From contig CM060734.1 in NCBI GenBank assembly GCA_030704615.1, positions 53,382,001 to 53,446,000 of the forward strand: a stretch of DNA of 64,000 nt, in the 5' to 3' direction. Of this stretch, positions 23,691 through 35,500 are shown in pieces; positions within the stretch are counted from its first letter, which is position 1, and each line of letters opens with the position of its first letter. The notes beneath the pieces were generated by a model, which ran no database searches, was not told the origin of the DNA, and saw only the letters and a program-made list of their open reading frames with translations. Source of the stretch: Takakia lepidozioides. Taxonomy: Eukaryota > Plantae > Bryophyta. The position numbers and the translations under genes are program-made.

Positions 23691-24495
23691 GCACCTTTTC
23701 AGTTTATTTTATTGTAAAAACTCTTTTCAGGCAGAAATTTGTGCCGAGTCGTCTGAAAACCAAAACGTTGTGTTCGTGATGTTCCCATCTTCAACGAGTT
23801 TGTAAATTATTTCTTCAGCAACTCTAAGCATGTGATGCAAAGATTAGGGCTACGTTTAGAAGTGAGTTATGCAAAGCACTGTTTGCCCCAAACACTATCA
23901 TGAACAATGGCAGTAAAGGAGGCCCACAGGGATGTCAACAATTATAGCTATGTTTTACACATGCATCTCAGATCTGGACAATTCTCTTCACAAATGTGAG
24001 TGCTTTGTGGATTTTCCAAGTTGGAAACCCCGGTACCAAAAACAAACGCCCTGCACAAGCACTGATCACATCAAATCCTTGGACTGTTGTAAGCAGCCGC
24101 TTGGAAGCTCACTCGCACAGGCTTGTTGATGTTCGAGGTCACTTGCTCAAGTAAAGTCTGGGTGCCATGTCTTGTAACATGGCAATTTGGAATTCAGCTT
24201 TAGTGTACAACGCAATATAGTAACTCTCTCTTGAGTACTGATCGGTGCAACAGATAAACAGCACTTTGTCATGTCTAATCTGCCATGATTAGTGGTTCTG
24301 AGTGCAAATGAGATGCAAAAAAAAGTGCCTAAACTAAGTGCCTAAACTAAGTGCCCAACCTACCCTGGAGCTCTCAAATGCATTTGACACACCTCCCTGT
24401 GTGATGGCCAAATTCAAACTTGGGCCATGCAGAGATTAAGACACGGAACAATAAGCTTGTGATTTTCAAAGAAATTAAAGATGGATAATGAAGCA

Positions 24496-27400
24496 TTATT
24501 TCCTTTTGAAGCGCGCTAAGGCTTGGGGCAAAGAATTATCATTTTCCCTTGTGGACTTTTCCTTTGGCAGAGGTTTGGCCTTGGATGGTTGCTCAGCAAT
24601 CACGGCACGCTTAGCAGATATGACATTGGTCTGTTTTTTCCGGTGCCGCTTGCTTGGTTTGTCCCGTCCTTTTGTCTTATGCTTCACCACAACAGGTGCT
24701 CCAGCTGCAGTGGCAGCTGCCGCATTGGCCTCCTTGCCCTCCAGGTTTTTGACAAGCTGATGCTCCCTGCTAGAGCGCTGTACTGCCCCTACTTGGCTGG
24801 GATCCAGCATTATCATGTCAGGCTGCAATTTATCCAGCAGTGAATGCACCTCCACTTCACGCCGCTGCTTGACAGTCTCAAATGGATTTGCGACATAAGA
24901 GTCAAAGTTGGGTTCTCCAGACCCAGGCACCAACATGGAGGAAAGCCCCAAAGAATGGCCCACTGCAAGCACGTCCTCATAAGGGCAGAAAGCAAGGTCT
25001 TGTGTTTGGCCACCCCTAGCCACACGGTGCGTCATGTATGGTTTGGCCTGCCACATTCTCATACAAAGACTTACTATGTCAGTATACGACGAACCCCTAA
25101 TATTGCCCTACTCAATATAGCTATTCCTCCCAAGTGTGGACTAGCGAACAATGACGTTTCTGATCAAAATCTTTGTCACTCACCTGTTTCAAGGCTAATG
25201 CATCTCGCCATATCTCGATGAGTGAGCCACACCCTACAGCAAGCAGCCCCTTCTGACTGATGTCGAGGGTCTTTGGAATATTTGGAGCGAAGTAGGTATG
25301 TAGTGGGACTAGCTTCCGCACATCCCACACTTTTACTTTCCCATCCATCCCTCCAGTAACCATCTGCCAACCCTCACGCTCAAATGCAACTGCAGCTACA
25401 GGCCCATGGTGACAGAGCATGGTTGCAAGAGAAGATGACATATTAGGTGACCACATGGTGACAGTACCATTGCTATGCCCCAAGCCCATAACCGAATTGT
25501 AGGGGTTCATGCGCATCACGCCACCACGCGCCAGACGGGTTCGATGCTGGGCTACGAGCTGCCCAGTGCTGGTATCTTGATACCGGAGCACACCTCCCTT
25601 GTCCACACTGGCCAACAGGAAGTGATGGGGTAGAAACTCCAGTTTCAGGGGAGAGATATGGTCCTGTAAACACCTTGCTTACATGAGCGACATCAGCCTT
25701 CACACTGGAACTACTCCAAAAAACCCAGGCCCTACAATATGTAGACAATAGTTAAGACACTACAGAAGCAAGCTGATGCCCATGGGACCAAGGTTGCAAC
25801 TCTATTGCTTCCTACTTTTTGCAAGGTAAGACAGGAGAACAAGGTGTGGACAGCTTACCCGAAGACAGTGAATTTCCGTGCCATTTTTGTCATAAATGAA
25901 GATGTACCTGTGTACATGTTTTCCAAGCATACAACAAATAAAAATAGATCAGATTTTAGCAGGTCGGGATAAGTGATGTGACAACTATCCATGTTCAGTA
26001 TCAACTTTGGTGTCTGATTTAAGAAAGAGCAAAGGCCTCATAGCCGTAGCCTTGTGGCCATTGACCCCGCGCCCAGTTTGAGCGGACACCAAAGGGACAG
26101 AACCTACCTCGGTCAGGGGCTGACGTTGGTAGTAAGACTTACCTTCATACATAGAATTGATCCGGGTTTTCCAGATATCCTCTAGAAATCCCTTCACACA
26201 AGCATCAATCTGCTGTGTGTGATTTGCCAAAAACTAGGCCTCAGAAGGGCCTGGGCTTTTGGCTCAGCCTCGAGACTTTCAAAGTTGGTAAACAGAGGTA
26301 CAGGCACAATTCCCTTGATAGATTTGAAGAGAACGTCTCTTTGGTGAGAGAACCCTGGACAGTGTATCAGAAAATGAATATTGTCTTCAGGTTGCCCACA
26401 CAACGGGCAATTGCACTCTCCCTTTCCTCTCTGTTTCTGTTTGCTGTTCAAAGGTAGGCTTCCTGCCCACAGTTTAAATTTCAGTCTAGTGCCGAGAGTG
26501 GGTAGACCCTTGAGGACATCCAAGATGTCCTCCCCCATGGAAACAAGTTCAGGGCCTCATAGCGATAGAAAATCTAGCTATCAAAGGATTGCCGCGAGAG
26601 GGTAAATCCTAAATACATCAGCCTCAGATGTTCACAAAGCAAAACCAAGTCGATAAGCTGCTGTTGGTTTAGAACAGAAGCACTTGCTACACAGACTGCA
26701 ATTCCATGTATTACAAATCCTTTTAACAATGTTGGCTGTGAGCGAGCTGAACACATGATCCTTGAAAGAACTTGTTATGGGCATCTGGAGTTATGGGGGA
26801 CGCACTTCTTTTGAGCAACGGCAAAGAAGAGCTCATTGTGCAAGAATTTCACATCTCTTGTGGTCTCCATAACCTGTCAATCATTACAAACCGTTATTCT
26901 ACAATTGCAACAGCAAGAATTCATCTCCTGAATCTTTCTTTCTCAAACCTTGCAGATTGCATGTTTCGTCATGACAGGCACCAGCTTGTCAAATTACAAG
27001 CTAAGCTTCCCAGCTGGAAGGTCCTCTGCGTCAGGCCTTCCACACCACACTGAGCAACATCCCCTCCCTTACATGCTAATAAAAGTAGCTGAACAAAATA
27101 CTCAGCCCCAGAAAGCACCTGACACAGACTTATCATAAAAGATCTTCACTACTCTATCCTGGAGCCCAGGGCCCATCCAAACCCTTTAACAAGCCAAGGT
27201 CTAGGTAAATTATTTATCCAAGCCCTCGATGGCCAAGTTCCCTTCTCCTTGTACTCACTCCAATAACATAAATATAGTGCAATCTCTAATAATGTCTCTC
27301 AACAGATGTAAATAGCAAACCTGAAGCTCTGTGACAAGCCGGGCCTGCTTCCAGTCCATGATGGCGAGATGGCCCTTGCGCCCACCCAGTAGCAGGTAGC

Positions 27401-30048
27401 GCCCAGTGGAGTTGTAGTCCACCACATATGGACCAAGATCTGTAGTCCACACGCTTACGAATCAGACCATGTGAGGTAAATAGGGAAGGAGGGTGGGGGG
27501 AAGGCGTTTAGTTGTGGAGGATATAACAAAAGCCCCTCTACAAACTAAGAAGAACACTTCTCCAAATCTCCCAAGTCAACAGATGGCAACCACTCTCATA
27601 CAATTTCCCAGAAAGCTTGCAAATCAACGAAGTAGCTGGATACTCAAAATGTAAAGCCAGTCTCAAGCACCTTTGTGGATTTGTACATGGCAGTCAGGTG
27701 CTCAAGCAAACTGGAACACTAGGTCTTCAATGACACATGAAAGCAGGAGGCATTTACTCAGACCAGACTATGAGGTGGTGAAAGACAGGGTTTTGCAGTC
27801 AGAGCTTGCATACCCACACTCCAAGCCTAGACCCTACATGCTAAAGAGCACAGACAAATTCAGAAGGATCAAAGCGAAATACCTGGTAGCTGGAGGTCAA
27901 AAGCTTTCTGTGCGCTTGTGATGTCCACCTCACGTACAATGGACTCTTGACTGAAGTGGCGGGTCTGCTCCAAGCCCTCTGCCTCCAAGTATCCTCCTTC
28001 ACTTGGTAATAGCCACTGACAATGATTATCAGAAACAACTGCCGCTTCAGTTTGATTCATTCTCCATGTCTTGAAGTCCGAGAAGAATGATCAGGACCAA
28101 TACTTCACAACACAGAAATTAGCGGAGGGCACCAGATAAACACCTGCTCAACTTTGGAAGCAGTCAGTGCAGCTTCCCCAAACAAGTGCTCTTTTGCCAC
28201 CAACTGCCCTTTCAGTTTCTTGTCCACTATCCCCTGCACCAGACACACACACTCTCATCTTCCTCAATAGTAGAATACAAGCAGAGCTCAAAGCTAACAG
28301 AAGGTTCTTTTGAAGCTCTCTTTCTCCCTCTCTTAGACACTGACACACACTCAATATTGTGCCTGGCAATGCAATCACAGCCAAATGCCACATCGATCAC
28401 AAGCTCCAGGCTAGACAAGCAGAGCAGAGCTGGAATAAACCTCGTGATTTCTAAACTGGTTCATGTCAGCACATAATGCTCACTGTTAATATCCTTTCAG
28501 CCCTAAATGCCCATGGACCCTCTGGGCCTGCAGTGGACATATGTAATAGATTTGTTTTTTCAGATCCCACTAAAAGCTTTGGGAAGGGTTTCAAATTTTT
28601 TATACTCTGGAGGTCTGAAACCCCGCAGCCTGCTCCAGCTCTTTTATAACACTTGTTCGTGTCAGAAAGTGCAAAGGAAGTGCAATATTCTCTCCTTCGC
28701 TCTGTTTGCACCCCACATCAATCCTCTTAATTGCTTCCTTCCTTATTTCCTCTTTCATCCTTTCACATTTGCACCAGTAAATGAGATCTTACATATTCCC
28801 AAGGAGCTCAGCAAGAAAGATAGGATACAAAGTAAATGGAGCAATAGCTACAAATTTTGGGTTAAAAAAACATACTTTCAAGGGAGCATGTGGTCCTCGC
28901 TCATATTTGGCTTTATTAACTTTACTTGGTCCATTCTTCTCACTTGGTTTCTGTCAACATAAGAGCAGAGAAAGCATACATAATAAGGCTGACATTAGTC
29001 TCTTGCCATGTCTACATAAAAAAGCAAAGCTATTCACTTTGCATCAAGCATCAGGCTGTGTGTAACCAACTTGTGTAATGGTGGGGTACAGAGGAAACTC
29101 ATTGTTCCCCTACTTTGAAGAACCTTGCAGTAGTCTTGGCTAAACGAGGTGTCTCCCACATGTCAGGACTTGAACTGATCCAACAATTTTGTATCAGAGC
29201 CAGAATTATAACAAATGACAAGGTCACAATCATCAGATTTTTAGTGATTATCAGAGAAGACAGACCACTACCTTCAGCTTAACTCTAGTCAAATCAGCAT
29301 CGTCAAATGCTTGCTTCCTTAATGCTCCTTTCCCTTGACTCTTTCTCCACTTCTTTGCATCTCCTTGGGCCTGCATTTCACAGACAGAGTACATTAAGCA
29401 ACAAGCATCTGCCTGAATGAGGTATAAACAATAATCTGTCAGATCCAGGGCTTCGGAAGGAGGCATCTCGTTCTCTCTCTTGCTTTCTTTCCGCCGCAGT
29501 GGTACAAGTCAGAGGGAAGAAAATAATCCCTTGTGCATCTCATCCTATATTTCGCATGTTGCTGTCTTCAACCGAAATGAAGAAAAATTAACAGGTTTTA
29601 CATGCACTCTACGATACTTAAAGGCATGCTCCTGTACAAGTTACTAACCACATCCGAATGCTTGTCTTTTGTCGCTAGTTTCCGCTTCCGCGATGGTGCC
29701 TCCAAATCCCCTGGAGGCTGTTCCTGATCCTGTCACAATAATCTACGTGAGGACTTCCCAGCTCACTCGTACAACGCAACAATTCTAAATTCACCTTCCA
29801 GACGGAATTGACTCAACCAATAGTGACAGATAAAGACCTTGGCCCTTCTTTACATCTTCCCCAACGATCCAGCACTGTACGTTTGCGTGAATAGTCTTGT
29901 AAGCGTGAAATCGAAGAGCCAGACACGTATGAACGATAATAAGCAACAGCATCCAAATTTACCAGCATGCTACAAAGACAGACGATGCTTAAACAACCCC
30001 CGGCACGAAAAAGAAGAAAATGCGCCAACAACACACCTCAGGTTCCAT
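24496..30048 (-). CDS. UTP7: U3 snoRNA-associated protein 7 / WDR46 (WD40 + BING4CT)
   Basis: Exons 30048-30037, 29729-29649, 29370-29272, 28950-28876, 28233-28144, 28015-27883, 27439-27321, 26873-26806, 25907-25859, 25663-25184 and 25047-24496. Motifs GRYLLLGGRKGHLA, GTEIHCLR, FCPYEDVL, PGSGEPNFD and C-terminal ALARF. The first three exons are less certain. Confidence 0.92.
26045..26552 (-). mobile_element. 5'-truncated LINE (ORF2 C-terminal CCHC knuckle + 3' tail) in a UTP7 intron
   Basis: Encodes CPLCGQPEDNIHFLIHC and is closely similar to 37540-38060. TSD GGCCTCATAGC at 26034-26044 and 26553-26563. Confidence 0.88.
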
Positions 30049-30212
30049 CGCTCCACTGAAGACCACAGAAGCTGAAACTTTTGGTGAAATTTCCCCACAA
30101 AGAACTAACACTGCTCACACAACGAGCTGGGAAAGATCGAAAGATCCTCCCCTTCGTAGGAAAAACAGGTAGGAAACACGGAAGCGCATCTGCTCCAGCA
30201 ACAGCAATCCTT

Positions 30213-30228
30213 AAACCCTAAAACCCTT
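30213..30228. promoter_or_regulatory. Telo-box (AAACCCTA) upstream of UTP7
   Basis: aaaccctaaaaccctt lies about 170 bp upstream of the inferred ATG. Telo-boxes are typical of plant ribosome-biogenesis gene promoters. Confidence 0.55.
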
Positions 30229-30642
30229 AAAATGGCCGACGGATGAACGTAGTCGATTACATAACCGAGCTGTGGACGCGACTTGACAACGTGTCAAGTC
30301 CTGATTACGCAGCCTACTCACCGTAGCCTGCGACTTGGATGAAGATCTGGAAGACATGGATGAACGTCAGTTGATAGCTCGGGTGTGTCGTCATGAAAAG
30401 CTCTTTGGGTGACGCGGTTCCTCTTGTCTCTCTCGTTTTGTTTGTGCTGTTTCTCTGTCCTTGTCAATCTTCTAACCTACCTTGACAACAGTAAGCGAAG
30501 CTGTGGGGGACAAACAATGGAATCGGAGGCTGCAAGGTCAATTGTTGGTGGTCCCCTCACGCTGGTCGGTTGGGGTTGGGGTGTGGTGCTGTTGTTACGT
30601 GGAGACTGCATTTAAGCGGACCTTAGCAACGTCAAGCAGCAC

Positions 30643-31690
30643 GATGGCGGATCTGGCCGGGCACCCAAAGTGTCCAGGATGTGGGAAGAGTGTGAGTGAG
30701 TGGAACGGGGTGATGACAGTGGGAGCAAATGACTTCAAAGGCCGGAATGCTGAATTGGTGGGGACGAATATCAAACTTGGGGAGACGATCCAGAATGTTA
30801 TTTGAAGTCTCCAAAGCAGGTTGGCGAGATTGACGAATGCTACAATTTGGTGAAAGGTAAAATCAAAGATAGATGTTATTCAGTGTGTTGTGCAAGGCCT
30901 GATACTGAGGACCTTCCAGCTAGGTTTGAGAGAGAAAGATTCAGGATATGGATGCTTGCTGTTGCAATTGAAAAGTAAAAGTTTGTACTGACTGACAGGT
31001 TATGGAGACCTGGAGAGATGCGAATTTCTTACACAGTGGTGGCGTGATGCCCATGAACCCCTACAATCCGGTCATGGGCTTGAGGCTTAGCCATGGTACT
31101 GTTACCATGTGGTCACCCAATATGTCATCTTTCTTTGCAACCATGCTCTGTCGCCATGGGCCTGTAACTGCGGCTGCATTTCAGCATGAATGTTGGCAGA
31201 CTTGATCTTGCAAATGGATCTGCCCTTACATGTCATCTTTAGGTACTTGATGTTGGCATTCGTCAAATTGGCCTTTGTTTCACCATCGTCATCCTTGTTC
31301 TTGAGTCTTTTTATGACATTCTGAATCATCTTTTGATGCTCTGAGATTCATCGTCACCAATTCAGAAATTTCGACCCTCCGTTTTATTCATGATTTGGAG
31401 GAAGCCTCATTGTCATCACTACGACTACGACATCGGAATCGCCCACCAACACCTCTTCCACCATCATGATGCTTAAGAATGACAATGGGGCCTGCTCTAG
31501 ATCTTGAATAAAATGCTTTCAAGGGTCGAAATTCCGATTTTGCGGCGACGAATCTTGAGTTGAGATAACAATTCACAATCTCATAAGGAAAATTCCAAAA
31601 GCAAGATGGCGAAGCAAAGACGAGTCTTGACAAATGCTGGAATACAAACTTAAGTGCCATGACAAATCGATTATTTGTTAGATCACATGA
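30643..31690. pseudogene. Three degenerate copies (+,-,+) of an unknown small gene family
   Basis: A shared peptide (F)KGRN.(E/D)L/F..(T/M)N..L...IQN.I...K...K..LTNA occurs at 30730-30850 (+), 31380-31230 (-) and 31518-31650 (+). The first copy starts MADLAGHPKCPGCGK. Confidence 0.5.
31036..31200 (+). pseudogene. Inverted 165-bp duplicate of part of a UTP7 exon
   Basis: Colinear without indels with the reverse complement of 25363-25527. It encodes GGVMPMNPYNPVMGL..GTVTMWSPNMSS..ATMLC.HGPV. Confidence 0.92.
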
Positions 31691-32514
31691 ACTCACAACT
31701 AAAAAGATTGAAACTCTCTAGGCTGAGAAAATTGTGAGGGACAGAGTGGGCGGAGTTGCAGAGGGAGGGAGTTCGGAGAGGAAACAAGACTCTCCTCTCT
31801 GGGATGGTGAGGACAGGGAGGCAATAGTTTCTGTGTAACCGAACAAACCAAAGCAAGCAGATGAGACATCAATGAAGTATTTCAACAATTTGTGTTGGCC
31901 AAAATTGATGGGGGAACTAGGCTGATCAACAAATCAATGCATGTCATTTGTGAAATGTGGGGAGAATGGTCATGCTGCATTTGGATAGAGCAAGTGGAAG
32001 GCATGCCGAGATGTTCTTAGGCTCAGATACAATAGCAAGCAATAGTCCTAGGGGGCCTGCCTGGCGTGAGCTTGACCTTCCAAGACTTGTCTCTTCTGTA
32101 ACTTCCCTTCACTTTCCCAGCCCCACTCCTCCCACCTTTCTTTCCACATACATATTCCCTTAGAATGGCAGTGAATGACATTGTGTGTACCCAGTATCCA
32201 CAGTCCAAGAAATTTAATGGTAATGTAATTAGTGTTCAAATCAGTGGGGTGAGTCATGGAATTGCCACAACGTGACATAATTGTCCACTGTGCAGCTCAC
32301 TTGTGAGGTGACAGCTTCAGCTAATCAAAATTGATCGAAGTCGGAGTTGTTCTCCTCTCTCTTCTGGAGCTAAGTTACAATTTCCGCACTACTGTTGTCT
32401 CTCCAATTTGGAGGTTACACCTTTCTCTTCTCTTGTTTGGGTTCCTATGTGCTGCCCAGCCACAATGAATGTTCTGTGTTGCATTACCCTAGAAATTCCC
32501 AGCCAACTCTTAAT

Positions 32515-35500
32515 TTACACAGCTGAACTCCTCTCGCTCAGAGTGCGCACGTGCACTTCCTGGGGAGGGAGATGATACTCAATGCCCAATTCTTGGAATA
32601 ACTTGCTCATTTCCCATAGCAAATCAGACCGACGAGCCATTTTCTCGCCGAAGTCTTGATGATTTATTGTATGTTGCAGGCCCAGTGAAAGCTTGAGCTT
32701 GTTCATCTCTACGATGTCGAGCACCACCAAATCGTATGACGAATGCCAGTGATGTGGCTTACTGGATATGTATCTGCAACCGATTGCCCCCACCATCTAT
32801 TATGTCTGCAGTGATCTACTAGCTCACTTCCTCATGTTTGCAAGTACTGTGCACAAAGATCTTTTTAAGCGCATTGACTCTCTCTTTCTCGGTGCCACAG
32901 CCACTTATTTGCAAATACAAAGATCATCACGGAGAGAATGATTACCTGCCAATCCTCTCTTTGAGTGCAGCAATTTTGTCAACAGGGGTGGAGGCATGTA
33001 CAATGAAGTCGTAGTTGTCACCCATCTCTGGACTTCGGTAGAAATTTGAGATGGGCTTGGTGGCCAGCACAGAATTTGGGTAGCACACTTTGGCATTGGC
33101 ATCCCCCAGAAACACAGTTGTCAAGATGTTCATCTCCTCCACCACCAGCTGTGCTCATGACCACAATATATCTTACTTCAAAGGTTGGTTATCTGGGAAT
33201 TTCAAACAAGGAATCTACTATGCCATACAGTTAACAAGAGCATGAGGAAGGAATGGGGCCGAAAGGACTAAAGAGAATGAAAGAGGATGAGGCGATCTCA
33301 GAGCAAAGCAAACAGCTGCAATGGATGAGTGCAGATTCTGAGAGGGGTGTGCAAGCATACCTGGACGCCATCAATGAGACAGCGGTCACCAACATCAAAG
33401 GGATGCATGACAAAGAGGAAGATGAGGGCCTCGAACACAGTTTTGCAGGTGTTGCCAAAGACAAAGACGACAAGCAGCACCTGTGACGAAACAACGAGCA
33501 GCAAGTGTGTGGTGGCAATGTCAAGCACTAGTAACCAGATTACCATCACCACAAGCACCAGCATCCCATCAATCATACGATGTAGCTTCTTCACTGCTGT
33601 CTTTGTGTCGCTAAGTGACAGTGCAAGTGCTCGCCTCTCTCTGTACACACTCACCTGCCACATTGCACCAGAGAGTCAAAGAAGGCTGTGTGCATTGGAA
33701 AATCTGAAGTGGATCCGTGCTGACTGGCTTTAGCATGCACAATCCCGAAGGACCACTGAAAAACATCCCCTTATCTGAAATATTTCCCTATCTTCACTTA
33801 CAATTGGATGCACTCCTAACTGCTCTCACTGTAGATGTGGAGCTCAGGGGGAGCAAACTCATCAGAGACCTAAAAGGACAATTTGGTCCAAGCAAGGCAT
33901 CTTTCTTTGGCAGATCGCCCCAGGGTAAGGGAGAATGCCAGATTCTTTCCTGGAGCATACTGGGGAATCTGGTGTTCTTTTCAGACCCTGTCAATCCCAC
34001 TCTAGCTCTTTCCTCCCTGTCCTCTAGGAAGCCTATTGCCATTGGGTGGACTTGATACGGGAGTACATTAATGTCTCTGTGACTAAATGCCGGCCTTGTG
34101 ACCTCGTGTCCTTGTTTGTTTCGACCTGAAGCGCTTTGCTCCAGGTAAGGTAGTGCATTGGATTTAGTTGGAAAGCTTGGGGCCTTTCCCTCTTTAGAAT
34201 ATGCCTACACGGGCCATTCCCTGCAACTCCCTGGAGTGTGATCTCTGAATGGTAACAAGCGGACCCCTACCGCTTGGGGGCAGCCCCTCCGCCCAAATTG
34301 GGCAGTTGTATGCTCTGTATAGCATACTCGGCACTTGGGCTCGGGTTGGTTCCTGTGCTTAAAACTTATAGCCTGCGAGATCAATCAAAACTTTAGCTCC
34401 TATCAACATCAACACTCCCCAGGGTGATTCCTGGGAATTGGTTACTTATGCCAAATCTAGGGCTTCATGTGTAGTTTTTGGGTGAATCCCAGGATGGACG
34501 ATTGTGTCCTTTAAAACTACATGCTCTAGCTTAGGCTTGGATTTCATGGCTAATGGTTCCATCTCGAGACTTGATAACAGGGGTACGTTGAAGGTTGCAA
34601 TGACCAAAAGTGCTTCTAATAGAGTCCCACATCAATTCAATCTCAAAGAAGTTCGTCCCTTGACTGGCTGGAGAGCGGTCTTAGACATTGGTGATTCAAT
34701 GGGGCGCTCTAGGAAGACAACCAAGGGCAAGGACTTCAACTTGAGAGTTTCTAATCGGTTTGATGCTCTGGATGAGGTTGAATCCAAACAGCCAGAAGGA
34801 CAAGATGCCCCTAAGTGTACAGAACCTGAACGTCCTGAATCTGAAGGATTTGGTACTCTGAATGGTTTACCAATCCTCAAGGTTTACACAAGACGAACAA
34901 ATTCTATACACAGGGTAATTGCCCCCAAGCCGTCAGACGGACAATCTGTCCCTAAGTGTGCAGAGCCTGAACGTCGTGTAACTGAAGGACTTGGTACTCT
35001 AAATGGTTTACCAATCCTCAAAGTCTACACAAGACGAGCAAAATCTATACACGGGGTAATTGTCCCCAAGCAGTCTGACGGACAGTCTGAAGGATTTGGT
35101 ACCCTGAATGGTTTACCAATTCTCAAAGTTTACACAAGACGAGCAAAATCTACACATGGGGTAACTAGTGTGCCAATGTGTTGATCGACAGAACTGATAT
35201 TGGTACCTCTGACCACTTCCTGGTTTGGACTGAGATCAAACGGTGTTTTCCCAACACCAAGAGATCTGTGAAACGTTTGATTCGGAAGTGGCGCATAGAA
35301 AAATTCCATAATGAGGAGGTCAAGGCTGAGTACGTCCAGGCCTTGCAAGAGGCTCTCCCTCATTTTGTCCAATCGCTCCAAGAACTTCAGTCTCGCTCTG
35401 ACAACGCAAGAAATGAAGTCGAAAGAGCAGTGGACTCTTGGAGAGTTTCGTTTCCTCCGTGGCTGACAAGATCATTGGGAGGAAACTAATTGTCTGCGGT

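Noticed and set aside
34017-34400. HDV-like ribozyme at the LINE 5' end
   Set aside because: gac-ctcgt-gtc resembles P3/L3, but I could not build P1, P2 or J4/2. An RNArobo/Infernal scan would be needed.
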